Positions 7,709-16,282 of a DNA stretch of 23,055 bases are shown in pieces. Location: positions 1 to 23,055 of the forward strand of contig CAZHPN010000087.1 in assembly GCA_964534375.1 (NCBI GenBank). The letters are read 5' to 3'. The notes beneath the pieces are model-generated. The model was not told the origin of the DNA. It did no database searches and saw nothing but the letters and a program-made list of their open reading frames with translations. Position numbers and translations under genes: made by a program. The stretch's first letter is position 1. The number at the start of each line of letters is the position of its first letter. This stretch comes from an uncultured bacterium. GTDB taxonomy: Bacteria > Lernaellota > Lernaellaia > Lernaellales > Lernaellaceae.

Positions 7709-9946
7709 TCAGGTTCTCTTGGCGGCTTTTTCGAGCGCCTCGACGATCATTTCCTTGGTGACGACCTCGGGCAACAGCAAGGGCGCCGAACCGAGGCCCG
7801 GGCCGATCACCGCGTACACCGGCACGCCGGCTTTGCCGTTGCGCTTGAGAAATTCGGTGATCTCCGGATCGCGGTTGGTCCAGTCGCCGCGGATCGGCAC
7901 CACGTCCAGCCGCGCCATCGCCGCCCGCACCGGCGCGGTCTCGATCACTGCCGTTTCGTTGACTTTGCACGTCCAGCACCAGGCGGCCGTGAAATCCATG
8001 AACACCGTTTTGCCGGACGCCGTCAGTTGCTGCACCTTGTCCTCGGAGAACCGCTGCCACACGATGCCGCCTTCGGCGGCCGGCGCGTCGGGCGTCGGAC
8101 CGGGCGCAAACCGCAGCAGATAAGCGCCGCCGCCCAGCGCGATGGCAAGCGCCGCCGCGGTGGCGGCGAAACGCAGGCGGGCGTCGCGCGTCACGTTGCC
8201 GAAGCGGCCGAACAACCACGCCGCAAAGCCGAGCAGACCGAGATAAATCAGCATCCGGGTGACGCCCGGGGCGCCGACTTGCTTGCCGAGCACGTCGAGC
8301 AGCCAGACGACCGTGCCCATCAGCAAGAATCCCATGACGGACTTGACGGTGTCCATCCAGGCGCCCGGCTTGGGCATCACGCGCGTCCAGCCCGGAAAGT
8401 AGGCGAGCAGCAGAAACGGGAACGCGAGGCCCGCGCCGATGGCGAGGAAAATCAGGAACGTCGCCGGCAGCGAGCGGGTGAATGCGAAGCCGACGGCCGT
8501 GCCGAGAAACGGGGCGGTGCAGGGCGTCGCCAAAACAGTCGCGAAGACGCCGTTGAAGAACGAGCCCTTGACGCCTTCTTTCGCGGCGACATCGGAGAGC
8601 GCAGCGCTATTGGGCGCCAGCACCAGAAAAACGTCGAGCAGCGACAAGCCGAAAACGAAAACGATCGCCGCCAAAACCCCGACGAACCGCGGCGACTGGA
8701 ATTGGAATCCCCAGCCAACCAATTCGCCGCCGCTTTTCAAAATCGCGACGACGATCGCGAAGGCGAGAAAGCTGAGCAGAATGCCGCCCGAATACGCCAA
8801 ACCGTGCCGGCGCAGTTCGCGCTTTTCCATGCTCGCCTGGCCCATCAGCGAAAAGATCTTGATCGAGACGACGGGCAATACGCACGGCATCACGTTCAGG
8901 ATGACGCCGCCGAGAAAGGCGAACAGCACCATCGTCAGCGCCTTCGCGATCCGGCCCGACGAGGCGGCGGCCGGCGCCGCGGCGGCCGCCGCGGCCAGCG
9001 GCGGCGCCGTCGCCTCGTCCGTCGTGGCGGCGGCGCGGGCGCCGGTGGGCAGCGGCACGTCGAATTCGACGGCCGCCGGTTTGCGTTCGCCCTTGTCGAG
9101 CAAATCGAACTGGAAAACGCCGCCGATCGCTTCGCCGCCGCCAAGCCCTGGCGCGGCGGTGGCCGACACGGTCACCGTCAACGAGTCGGCGGGGTCGGCG
9201 CCTGGCGCCGGTCCGTCGATTTTCGTCACGTCAAAATTGTGCGGTCGATGCTCGGCGAAGAGCGGCCGGTCGGCGGCCGCGCGCGGGGCAAGTTGCGCGC
9301 CCGGGGGCGCCTTGACCGTGAACGCGACCTGGAAGTCGCGCCCGGGCACGGCCGCCGCTGGGTCGAAGGCGGTCGTGATCTTCAGGCCCGGAATCGCGGC
9401 GGGCGCTACGGGCGATTCGGCGCGGGCCGCGGTCAGGCGCGCGGCATTTTTACCCGGACGGGCCGCCGCGGCGACGGGCAGGTGGAGCGCCACCTCCTGC
9501 GAACCTGGGATGCACGTCGTGCGGCAGACGAGCCAGCTCACCTTGCCGGCCGCGGCGAATTCGCCCTTGAGTTGCGGCGACGCCGTCGCCTCGGTCCAGA
9601 TCGTCGTTTCCTTCTCGTAGCCGTAGCCCGTGATCGGCGTCCCCGCTCCGAAAAGGAGCGGCGACGGATAGTGCCACGGGCTGAGCTTGGCGGCCGACGC
9701 GGCCAGATCGACTTTGGTCGGCAGGCCCGTTTCGCCCGGGTTCGACCAGTAGATGTGCCATTCGGGATCGACCTTGAGGTTTACGCCCAAATGAAACGTG
9801 GCGCCTGGGGCGACGCCGGAAACGTCCGCGATCAATTCGGCATGCACGTGCGGCTTGGCGCTCGGGCTGTCCGCGGCCAATGCCGGCAGCGCAACCAGAC
9901 AAGCGACAACGACGAACATCGCCGCCCAATATCTCCCGGATCGCAT
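7709..9946 (-). CDS. dsbD: Thiol:disulfide interchange protein, DsbD family
   Basis: N-domain WHIYWSNPGETG and WLVCRTTCIPG; TM domain LNVMPCVLPV and TPCTAPFLG; C-terminal thioredoxin DFTAAWCWTC; signal peptide. Confidence 0.92.
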   Translation of the reverse strand: MRSGRYWAAMFVVVACLVALPALAADSPSAKPHVHAELIADVSGVAPGATFHLGVNLKVDPEWHIYWSNPGETGLPTKVDLAASAAKLSPWHYPSPLLFGAGTPITGYGYEKETTIWTEATASPQLKGEFAAAGKVSWLVCRTTCIPGSQEVALHLPVAAAARPGKNAARLTAARAESPVAPAAIPGLKITTAFDPAAAVPGRDFQVAFTVKAPPGAQLAPRAAADRPLFAEHRPHNFDVTKIDGPAPGADPADSLTVTVSATAAPGLGGGEAIGGVFQFDLLDKGERKPAAVEFDVPLPTGARAAATTDEATAPPLAAAAAAAPAAASSGRIAKALTMVLFAFLGGVILNVMPCVLPVVSIKIFSLMGQASMEKRELRRHGLAYSGGILLSFLAFAIVVAILKSGGELVGWGFQFQSPRFVGVLAAIVFVFGLSLLDVFLVLAPNSAALSDVAAKEGVKGSFFNGVFATVLATPCTAPFLGTAVGFAFTRSLPATFLIFLAIGAGLAFPFLLLAYFPGWTRVMPKPGAWMDTVKSVMGFLLMGTVVWLLDVLGKQVGAPGVTRMLIYLGLLGFAAWLFGRFGNVTRDARLRFAATAAALAIALGGGAYLLRFAPGPTPDAPAAEGGIVWQRFSEDKVQQLTASGKTVFMDFTAAWCWTCKVNETAVIETAPVRAAMARLDVVPIRGDWTNRDPEITEFLKRNGKAGVPVYAVIGPGLGSAPLLLPEVVTKEMIVEALEKAAKRT

Positions 9947-10010
9947 TTCTGCCCCCCTACGCGTGCTCGCGCCCGATGCGCGACATTGTAATCATTCCCG
10001 GGTCCGGCCG

Positions 10011-10814
10011 CTATTCTTGCTCCGGGACGATCGCTTCCGGCGCCAGAACGCGGCACTCCGCGCGGCATATAATATATTTGAAGCTCTTGTCGGTGTTCCC
10101 GACGAAGACGAACGGCACCGGATTGCTTTTCCGGAGCGTCGCCTCGGTTCCGGCGTAGGTGAAGCGTTGATCGATCGGATTGTTCTTTTCGTCGTAGAAC
10201 GTGATGATCACCTTCACTGTGCGCACCGGCTGGTCGGTCAGGCTCACCACGCGGCCGGTCACCTCGTAGCGGCCGTCTTCCTCGATCGCCCACTTCACGT
10301 CGAGCACGCGGGCCATTTGATCGGCCTCTCTTGCCAAAGCGCGCGCCGGCTCGCGAATGTCCGCCGGCGAGCGAATATCGGCCTTGCGCACCCAGCCGGC
10401 GATGATCTTGCGGCCATGGCCGGTCTTGACCGCGGCGCGAATCTCGCGCCAATCCTGCGGCCGGTCGGCCAGGATAAAGGCGACCGCTCCTTCGGGCAGT
10501 TCGCCGATGATGGTCGAGGTCGGCAACGGTTGTTCGAGCACGGTCGCGCGTTCGGCGACGATGGTGCCCATGGCGAGATACTGCGGCGGCGGCAACCGCT
10601 CGTTTTCGTTGACCGTGTGGACCATCTTGAAGCTGAAATAGGCGGCCAGCGCGAGAATGGCCAGCAGGCCGATGACCACGTGCTGGTTCGTGAAGCGGAA
10701 CCGCACCACTTCTTTCTCGAAGGACTCCCAGTGCGGTTCGACGGGCGGGTTGGCTTTGGCTGCGCCGCCCGCGGGCGGGTTCGGCCGGCCGGCGGCGGTC
10801 GAGTCTGCGGTCAT
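10011..10814 (-). CDS. Membrane-anchored hypothetical protein, bacterial SH3-like domain plus FxLYD-like C-terminal domain
   Basis: TM VVIGLLAILALAAYFSF; VLEQPLPTSTIIGELPEG...W...GWV resembles SH3b; VTGRVVS.TDQPV..VKVIITFYDEKNNPID resembles FxLYD; ATG overlaps the upstream stop (ATGA). Confidence 0.7.
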   Translation of the reverse strand: MTADSTAAGRPNPPAGGAAKANPPVEPHWESFEKEVVRFRFTNQHVVIGLLAILALAAYFSFKMVHTVNENERLPPPQYLAMGTIVAERATVLEQPLPTSTIIGELPEGAVAFILADRPQDWREIRAAVKTGHGRKIIAGWVRKADIRSPADIREPARALAREADQMARVLDVKWAIEEDGRYEVTGRVVSLTDQPVRTVKVIITFYDEKNNPIDQRFTYAGTEATLRKSNPVPFVFVGNTDKSFKYIICRAECRVLAPEAIVPEQE

Positions 10815-11206
10815 GGCGCGGCGGCCGATTTTGGCGGCCGGAATTCGACGAAGGCGCCGTCTTGCAGCACTTCGGTGCGTTCCGAGCCGTCGGGCAGGAC
10901 GCTTGTGCGGTAATCGATCACGCCCGTGTAATTTCGATCGTATTCGAACATCACCGGCCGGTCGTCCTTGTAATAGGTAATTGCGTCAAAGCGACCGCCG
11001 CCGCGGGTGTCCTGTTTCACCATGACCAAGTGACCGTGACGCCAGATTTCCACGACGTCGGGCCGGCCGCGGTTGTTCATGTCGTAGGAATACGCGCCGT
11101 CGCGGCCGACCGAGAGTTCCGGCACGATCCATTCCGGCCGCGCCCAGACGATGCCGGCCGCCGCCAACGTCGCGCCCAATAATATCGCGAGCACCGTTTT
11201 TTGCAT
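10811..11206 (-). CDS. Exported hypothetical protein with three DxN/xxG-xxD beta-hairpin repeats
   Basis: Signal peptide MQKTVLAILLGATLAAAGIVWA; YDMNNRGRPD, QDTRGGGRFD, YDRNYTGVID at ~22-aa spacing; GAAAGG before the ATG. Confidence 0.7.
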   Translation of the reverse strand: MQKTVLAILLGATLAAAGIVWARPEWIVPELSVGRDGAYSYDMNNRGRPDVVEIWRHGHLVMVKQDTRGGGRFDAITYYKDDRPVMFEYDRNYTGVIDYRTSVLPDGSERTEVLQDGAFVEFRPPKSAAAP

Positions 11207-11313
11207 CGAACCTTTCGCGCGCACACTTCGCCGCCGCCCGGGCGACGCCACGCCGGTTCATCTTGCCACGCGCGTCGATGAGGGTTCAAGCGGGTGAGAT
11301 GATGCGCCCACTG

Positions 11314-11343
11314 CTCCGTCTTCCGCATTCGGCATTCCGCATT
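11314..11343 (+). repeat. Short heptamer array (TTCCGCA)n
   Basis: CTCCGTC TTCCGCA TTCGGCA TTCCGCA TT in the divergent spacer; variant of the CCGCAAT repeat at 16980-17014. Confidence 0.6.
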
Positions 11344-11361
11344 ACCTCGCTGCCCGCTCGC

Positions 11362-11391
11362 TTGACACTCCGCGACCGGGCGTGCTAGCCA
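11362..11391 (+). promoter_or_regulatory. Putative sigma70 promoter for resB-ccsA-engB
   Basis: Perfect TTGACA at 11362-11367, weak TG-n-TAGCCA -10 at 11383-11391, RBS GAGGGAG before ATG 11416. Confidence 0.45.
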
Positions 11392-11415
11392 AGCGTGTCG
11401 ATTTTGAGGGAGCCG

Positions 11416-12729
11416 ATGCCAAGCGAAAAGGCGGAAAATAAGGGCGATTTCGTCGAAGAACTGCTCGACTGGCTGGCCTCGTTGCGGCTGACGGTTTTTA
11501 CGATGATCTTCCTCGGCCTGGCGGTGTTGCTGGGCACGATCGTTCCGCAAATCGACATTTCGCTGCCGCGGCAGGCGCTGGCGGAGAAAATGGCCGACCC
11601 GGTTTGGCGGCTGATGAGCCGGTCCGGCCTGCTCGACGTTTTCCACAGCGTCTGGTTCCTGTTTCTCGTCGCCTTGCTGATGGTCAACCTCGCGGCGTGC
11701 ACGATTCGCACGGTTCGGCGCACGCGCCGTCTGGTGGCCGCGACCTCTGAAATCCTCGACGATGAGACCGAGACGAAGGCGGGTTTGACGACGCGCGTCC
11801 GGGCGACGGCGGCGAGTCTCGGCGCGTTGGAGCGGCGCTTCGCGGCAATCGGCCCCGTGCAGCGCACGGAGAAAAACGGTGCGGTGCATCTGTTCGCCCA
11901 GAATTCGCCGCTGTTCCGCTACGGCGTCGTCATCGTGCACTGCAGCCTGCTGTTCGTGCTGGCCGGCGCGTTGGTGCGGGCGCTGGTCGGCGTCGAGGGG
12001 CAGATCGCCTTGCCCGAGGGCGGCAGCGTCAACGTCTTCGCCGCCAAGAACGACGAACTCATGCGCCTGCCGTTCGATGTGCGGTGCGAGAAATTCGCGA
12101 TGGAAATGTACCCCGGCACGCAGCGGCCGAAAGAATACCGCAGTACGCTTTCGGTCTGGCAGGACGGCAAGAAAATCGACGAGCAGACGATTCGCGTCAA
12201 CCATCCGCTCAGCGTCGGCGCATTTCACTTTTACCAGGCCAGCTACGGCGAGGACGAATTTCCCGTGCTGCGCCTGACGGGGCCGGGCCTGACGACGGAG
12301 TTGCCGGTCGTCGCGCAGCAGGTGCAATCCATTCCGGGACGGCGCGACGGCTTCATCGTCGATCAGGCGCGGCGCGAAGCCGAGACCCTCGAGGTCCACG
12401 TGCTGCTGACCGCCGGCGGCGACCAGTACGATGCGTGGCTGCGCGAGAAAGGTCCGGCGCAGAACCTCGGACCGTACGCGGTTTCGTTCGTCGGCGTGCG
12501 GCAGGGCTACTACACGGGCGTGATGGTGACCGCCGATCCGGGCGTGCGGCTGCTGTACATCGGCTTCGGCGTCTTTTTCGTGGGCTTGTTCCTGGCGTTC
12601 TACACGTCGCACAAGCGGGTTTGGGCGCGGATCGCTGGCGGCGAGGCGACGCTGGCCGTCAGCGCGTCGCGCAACCGCGAGGCGGCCAAGGCGTGGCTCG
12701 ACGAAACCGCCGCCGCGGCGAAAGGGTAA
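11416..12729 (+). CDS. resB: Cytochrome c biogenesis protein ResB/Ccs1 (system II)
   Basis: LASLRL...LGTIVPQ, DVFHSVWF, VNLAACT, IVH.SLL, IRVNHPL, FYQASYG, DPG...YIGF motifs. Confidence 0.92.
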   Translation: MPSEKAENKGDFVEELLDWLASLRLTVFTMIFLGLAVLLGTIVPQIDISLPRQALAEKMADPVWRLMSRSGLLDVFHSVWFLFLVALLMVNLAACTIRTVRRTRRLVAATSEILDDETETKAGLTTRVRATAASLGALERRFAAIGPVQRTEKNGAVHLFAQNSPLFRYGVVIVHCSLLFVLAGALVRALVGVEGQIALPEGGSVNVFAAKNDELMRLPFDVRCEKFAMEMYPGTQRPKEYRSTLSVWQDGKKIDEQTIRVNHPLSVGAFHFYQASYGEDEFPVLRLTGPGLTTELPVVAQQVQSIPGRRDGFIVDQARREAETLEVHVLLTAGGDQYDAWLREKGPAQNLGPYAVSFVGVRQGYYTGVMVTADPGVRLLYIGFGVFFVGLFLAFYTSHKRVWARIAGGEATLAVSASRNREAAKAWLDETAAAAKG

Positions 12730-12732
12730 GCG

Positions 12733-14067
12733 ATGGGCGCGTTGCTGCGGGAAATCGCCAGCGGGCTGGCCAGCGGCCAGGCGGCGCCGACCAGCGCGGC
12801 GTTGTTCGACCTGTCGTTCCTGGCGTTCATCGCGGCCACGATCGGCTACTTGATTTACCTGGGCGCGCGGCGCGACACGGCGTGGCGGGCGGGTTTCGGC
12901 TGCGGCGTGCTCGCCGGCGCGTCGCTGACCGGCGCGTTGGCGTTGCGGTGGATCGCGGCGGGTTGGAGCCATCCGCCGTTCACGAACATGTACGAGTCGC
13001 TGGTCTTCTTCGTGTGGGGCATCATCGTCGTCTACTTGGTCGTCGAGGTGCGCTGGCGCGTCAAGATCGCCGGCGCGTTCGTGCTGCCGCTGGCCTGCCT
13101 GGCGATGGGTCTGGCCAGCCTCTCGCCGAACAAGGAGATCGAGCCGCTTGTGCCGGCGTTGCAGTCGGTGTGGCTGCACATCCACGTGGCCGTCGCGAGC
13201 ATCGGCTATGCGGCGTTTTTGACCGCGTTCGTCTTCGCGGTGCTGTTCCTGTTCAAAGACAAGGTCCGGATGGCGTGGTTTGTCGCGGTCGCGGCCGGAT
13301 TTGTGATGTTCGCCGTGCTCGCCGCCTCGCGCGGGGCCGTGCTCCTGGACGGCGAGTTCCCGATGGACAAGACCGTCGCCAGCCCCGACGGCTGGATGAA
13401 AGTCGCGCTGCCCGGCGGCGCGGAAGGCCAGTACGAAAAAACCGCCGTGCCCGGCGCCGGGCCGCTGATGCTGGCGACCCTCTTCCTCGCCGCGGTCACG
13501 GCGGCGGCGGCCGTCGCGGCGCTTCGCCGGCCGGAGGGCGGCGTCGACAAGTTCGCCGCGCAGGCGACGTTCGCCCTGTTCGTCTTGCTGACCTTCACGG
13601 GCGCGTGGCTGCTTTTCCGCGCCGCGCAGATGCCCGACACCCGCCTCGCGGCGAACCCCTATTCGTTGGCGCTGCTCGTGCTCGCCTGGCTGTTTGTGCT
13701 GCTCGTGGTGGTCTTCCATTGGCGGCGCGACGAACTGCTGGCGGCCCTCCCCGCCGCCGACGCGCTGGACCGGCTCGGCTACAAGGCGGTCATGGTCGGC
13801 TTTCCGTTGATGACGCTGGTCATCGTCACCGGCGCGGTCTGGGCCAACAAAGCGTGGGGCCGGCCCTGGGGTTGGGACCCGAAAGAAACCGCCAGCCTCG
13901 TGACGTGGATCATTTACCTGCTGTATCTGCACACGCGGCTGACCGTGGGCTGGACCGGCCGGCGCAGCAACCTGATCGCGATCGTCGGCTTTTTATCCGT
14001 GATCTTCACCTACCTCGGCGTCAACCTGCTGCTCAGCGGTCTGCACGCCTACGCGTCGGGCGGTTGA
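12733..14067 (+). CDS. ccsA: Cytochrome c biogenesis protein CcsA/ResC (system II), extended
   Basis: HPPFTNMYES, LVPALQSVWLHIHV, WWD domain GAVWANKAWGRPWGWDPKET, YLH.R, YLGVN...SGLHAY. Confidence 0.94.
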   Translation: MGALLREIASGLASGQAAPTSAALFDLSFLAFIAATIGYLIYLGARRDTAWRAGFGCGVLAGASLTGALALRWIAAGWSHPPFTNMYESLVFFVWGIIVVYLVVEVRWRVKIAGAFVLPLACLAMGLASLSPNKEIEPLVPALQSVWLHIHVAVASIGYAAFLTAFVFAVLFLFKDKVRMAWFVAVAAGFVMFAVLAASRGAVLLDGEFPMDKTVASPDGWMKVALPGGAEGQYEKTAVPGAGPLMLATLFLAAVTAAAAVAALRRPEGGVDKFAAQATFALFVLLTFTGAWLLFRAAQMPDTRLAANPYSLALLVLAWLFVLLVVVFHWRRDELLAALPAADALDRLGYKAVMVGFPLMTLVIVTGAVWANKAWGRPWGWDPKETASLVTWIIYLLYLHTRLTVGWTGRRSNLIAIVGFLSVIFTYLGVNLLLSGLHAYASGG

Positions 14068-14071
14068 CCTC

Positions 14072-14653
14072 GTGAAGGTCCGCGTCGTCCGCTACCTCGT
14101 CAGCGCCGCCCAGCCGCGCGATTATCCGCCGGCGAACCGGCCCGAGATCGCCTTCGCCGGCCGCAGCAACGTCGGCAAAAGCACGCTGCTCAACGCCCTG
14201 CTCGGCGTCGGCAAAGTGGCGAAGGTCAGCCAGACGCCGGGCAAGACGCGTCTGATCAATTTTTTCGACGTCGACGAAAAATTCCTGGCCGTCGATCTGC
14301 CCGGCTACGGCTACGCGAAGGTGTCGCAAGAGCAGCGCCGCTCGTGGGATGAACTGATCTCCGAATATTTGCGCGGCCGCGAGAATTTGCGGTGCGTGCT
14401 CGTGCTGGTCGATCTGCGCCGCGGCCTCGGCGAAATGGACCGCCAGCTCATCGAGTTTCTGCACGCCTATGAGCGCCCATGCGTGCTCGTGTTCACCAAG
14501 GCCGACAAATTGAAGGGCAACGCCCGCCGCGCGCAAATCGCCCAGGTCTGCCGCGACGCGGGAATCGATCCGGCCGAAGCGCTGATCACCGCGGCCGAAA
14601 AACGTGAGGGAATGGAAGCCGTCTGGAAAAAGCTGGCACCGTTAATGGTATGA
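14072..14653 (+). CDS. engB: Ribosome biogenesis GTP-binding protein YihA/YsxC
   Basis: EIAFAGRSNVGKS, S.TPGKT..INFF, DLPGYGYAKVS, TKADK. Confidence 0.96.
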   Translation: MKVRVVRYLVSAAQPRDYPPANRPEIAFAGRSNVGKSTLLNALLGVGKVAKVSQTPGKTRLINFFDVDEKFLAVDLPGYGYAKVSQEQRRSWDELISEYLRGRENLRCVLVLVDLRRGLGEMDRQLIEFLHAYERPCVLVFTKADKLKGNARRAQIAQVCRDAGIDPAEALITAAEKREGMEAVWKKLAPLMV

Positions 14654-14691
14654 TGTCGACGGCGCAATGAATGAGCGATAAGTGGCCTGAA

Positions 14692-14715
14692 GAAGCGAAC
14701 GCAGGCGTTTGCTTC
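14692..14715 (+). terminator. Stem-loop after engB (possible terminator or RNA-stability hairpin)
   Basis: GAAGCGAACG-CAGG-CGTTTGCTTC, 10-bp stem with one G:U; no clear U tail. Confidence 0.3.
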
Positions 14716-14734
14716 GTTGGCAAAGGAGCGCGAC

Positions 14735-15364
14735 ATGAAGATGCGAGTCGTATGGGCATTTTTGGCTTTGGCGCTGCTGGGCGCGTTGCTGGTGCTTTCC
14801 TGCTCGTCGAGCGAGAGCGGCGATGACGATGCCGGCGGCGACGACGACAACGACGCCAGCGACGACGATGACGATCACAGCCCGGCCGACGACGATGCGG
14901 CCGACGACGACACGACGGCCGGCGGGACGTGGAAAGACCCATCCTCGGGCCTGACCTGGCAAGTGACGCCCGCGACGCAATATGTGGACTGGACCGACGC
15001 GGCGACCTATTGCGCAAATTTGACGCTGGCCGGGGGCGGTTGGACCCTGCCGACCGTCTCGCAATTGCGCACCCTGATCCGCGGCTGCGCCGGGACGGCG
15101 ACCGGCGGCGCCTGCGACGTCACTGACTCCTGCGCGAATTCCACGTGCCAAAATGCGGCATGCTCGGCCTGCCAGGACGGGCAAGGTCCGAACGGCGGCT
15201 GTTACGGACCCGCGGAATTGCCGGGTCCGTGCGATCAGTTCTGGTCGAACTCGGCGGTCGCCGATTTGTCCGCCAGCGCCTGGCTGGTCGATTTCAGCGA
15301 CGGCAATGTCACCTATTACAGCACCGACGACGCCAATTATTTCGCGCGCTGCGTCCGTCAGTAA
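14735..15364 (+). CDS. Lipoprotein with Asp-rich linker and DUF1566 (Lcl C-terminal) domain
   Basis: AAGGAG RBS; lipobox-like LVLSC; DDDAGGDDDNDASDDDDD linker; W.DPSSGLTWQ, W..A..YC..L..AGGGW.LPT..QL..L, FWS, AW.VDF..G, ARCVR. Confidence 0.88.
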   Translation: MKMRVVWAFLALALLGALLVLSCSSSESGDDDAGGDDDNDASDDDDDHSPADDDAADDDTTAGGTWKDPSSGLTWQVTPATQYVDWTDAATYCANLTLAGGGWTLPTVSQLRTLIRGCAGTATGGACDVTDSCANSTCQNAACSACQDGQGPNGGCYGPAELPGPCDQFWSNSAVADLSASAWLVDFSDGNVTYYSTDDANYFARCVRQ

Positions 15365-15382
15365 ACGGCGCGCGAGGCGGGC

Positions 15383-16198
15383 CTAGTCGTTCAACGTCTC
15401 GTTCATCGCCCCGCGGCGGTAGCCCTGCAAGTCGAGCGACACATAGCGATAGCCGGCGTCTTTCATCGCCTGCACGATCCGGGCGCGCAATGACGCGTCC
15501 GTCAGCCGGTCGAACAGCGCCGGATCGATTTCGAGCCGCACGAGGTCGCCGTGATCGCGGGCCCGCGCCAAGCGGAAGCCGAGCGCGCGCATGGCGTCTT
15601 CGGCTTTTTCGATGCGGTCGAGCTTGGCCTCGTCGATAATTTCGCCATACGGCACGCGCGACGCCAGGCACGCCGCCGCCGGTTTGTCCCAAACCGTCAG
15701 GCCGCGTTCGTGCGCCAGGGCGCGAATTTCGTCTTTGCCGATGTTCAGTTCGACGAAGGGCGAGCGGACGCCCAATTCGCGCAGCGCGTCCATGCCCGGC
15801 CGGTAATCGGACAAGTCGTCCCGGTTGCTGCCCTCGATCACGTAGGCTAGACCTTCGTCGCGGGCGATCCGCCACATCTCGCCGAAAAGGTGTTTTTTGC
15901 AAAAATAGCAGCGGCGCGGTCCATTCGCGGCAAAATCCGGGTCGTCCATTTCCGTCGTGTCGATGACGAAATGACGAATGCCGAGCGCCGCCGCCAACGC
16001 CTTGGCGTCGGCCAGTTCGCTCTCCGGGTGCGTCGCCGAATGCCCGCTGACGGCCAGCGCCTCGCGGCCGAGCGCGTCGTATGCCGCCGCGGCAAGCAGA
16101 GCGCTGTCGACGCCGCCGGAGAGGCCGATCACGACGCTGCCGAGCGTGCGCAGATGAGATTTGAGTTCTTCGTAGCGTTGATTCATGTTGTCGGTCAT
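15383..16198 (-). CDS. larE: ATP-dependent sulfur transferase, LarE family
   Basis: PP-loop SGGVDS, RCYFCK, GSN.DDL.DYRPG, SP, WDKPAAACLASRVPYG, R.R.H...VRLE, LDL.GYR.G.MN. Confidence 0.9.
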   Translation of the reverse strand: MTDNMNQRYEELKSHLRTLGSVVIGLSGGVDSALLAAAAYDALGREALAVSGHSATHPESELADAKALAAALGIRHFVIDTTEMDDPDFAANGPRRCYFCKKHLFGEMWRIARDEGLAYVIEGSNRDDLSDYRPGMDALRELGVRSPFVELNIGKDEIRALAHERGLTVWDKPAAACLASRVPYGEIIDEAKLDRIEKAEDAMRALGFRLARARDHGDLVRLEIDPALFDRLTDASLRARIVQAMKDAGYRYVSLDLQGYRRGAMNETLND

Positions 16199-16226
16199 CG
16201 TTTCCAGCGGCTCCTTTCGCCGCGTG

Positions 16227-16255
16227 AATGTAGCCCGCATGCCGGAGCCTGTCCA
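16227..16255 (-). promoter_or_regulatory. Putative sigma70 promoter for larE
   Basis: Minus strand TGGACA-N17-TACATT, followed by AAGGAG. Confidence 0.55.
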
Positions 16256-16282
16256 ATGGCGCGGACGGGGACGACGCGCGCT

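Noticed and set aside
8960..9040. GCC/GCG-rich repeat-like stretch in dsbD
   Set aside because: Encodes an Ala/Pro linker between DsbD domains; ordinary low-complexity coding sequence.
11077..13932. 951-aa minus-strand ORF, and similar long ORFs at 7604-9991, 5618-7216, 18299-20134, 12084-14075
   Set aside because: Antisense or alternate-frame shadows of well-supported genes; Arg/Gly/Ala-rich with no motifs, as expected in high-GC DNA.
15100..15180. c-type heme motif in the Cys-rich lipoprotein near the ccs genes
   Set aside because: CSACQ lacks the His of CxxCH; I saw no CxxCH in any supported protein in the window.
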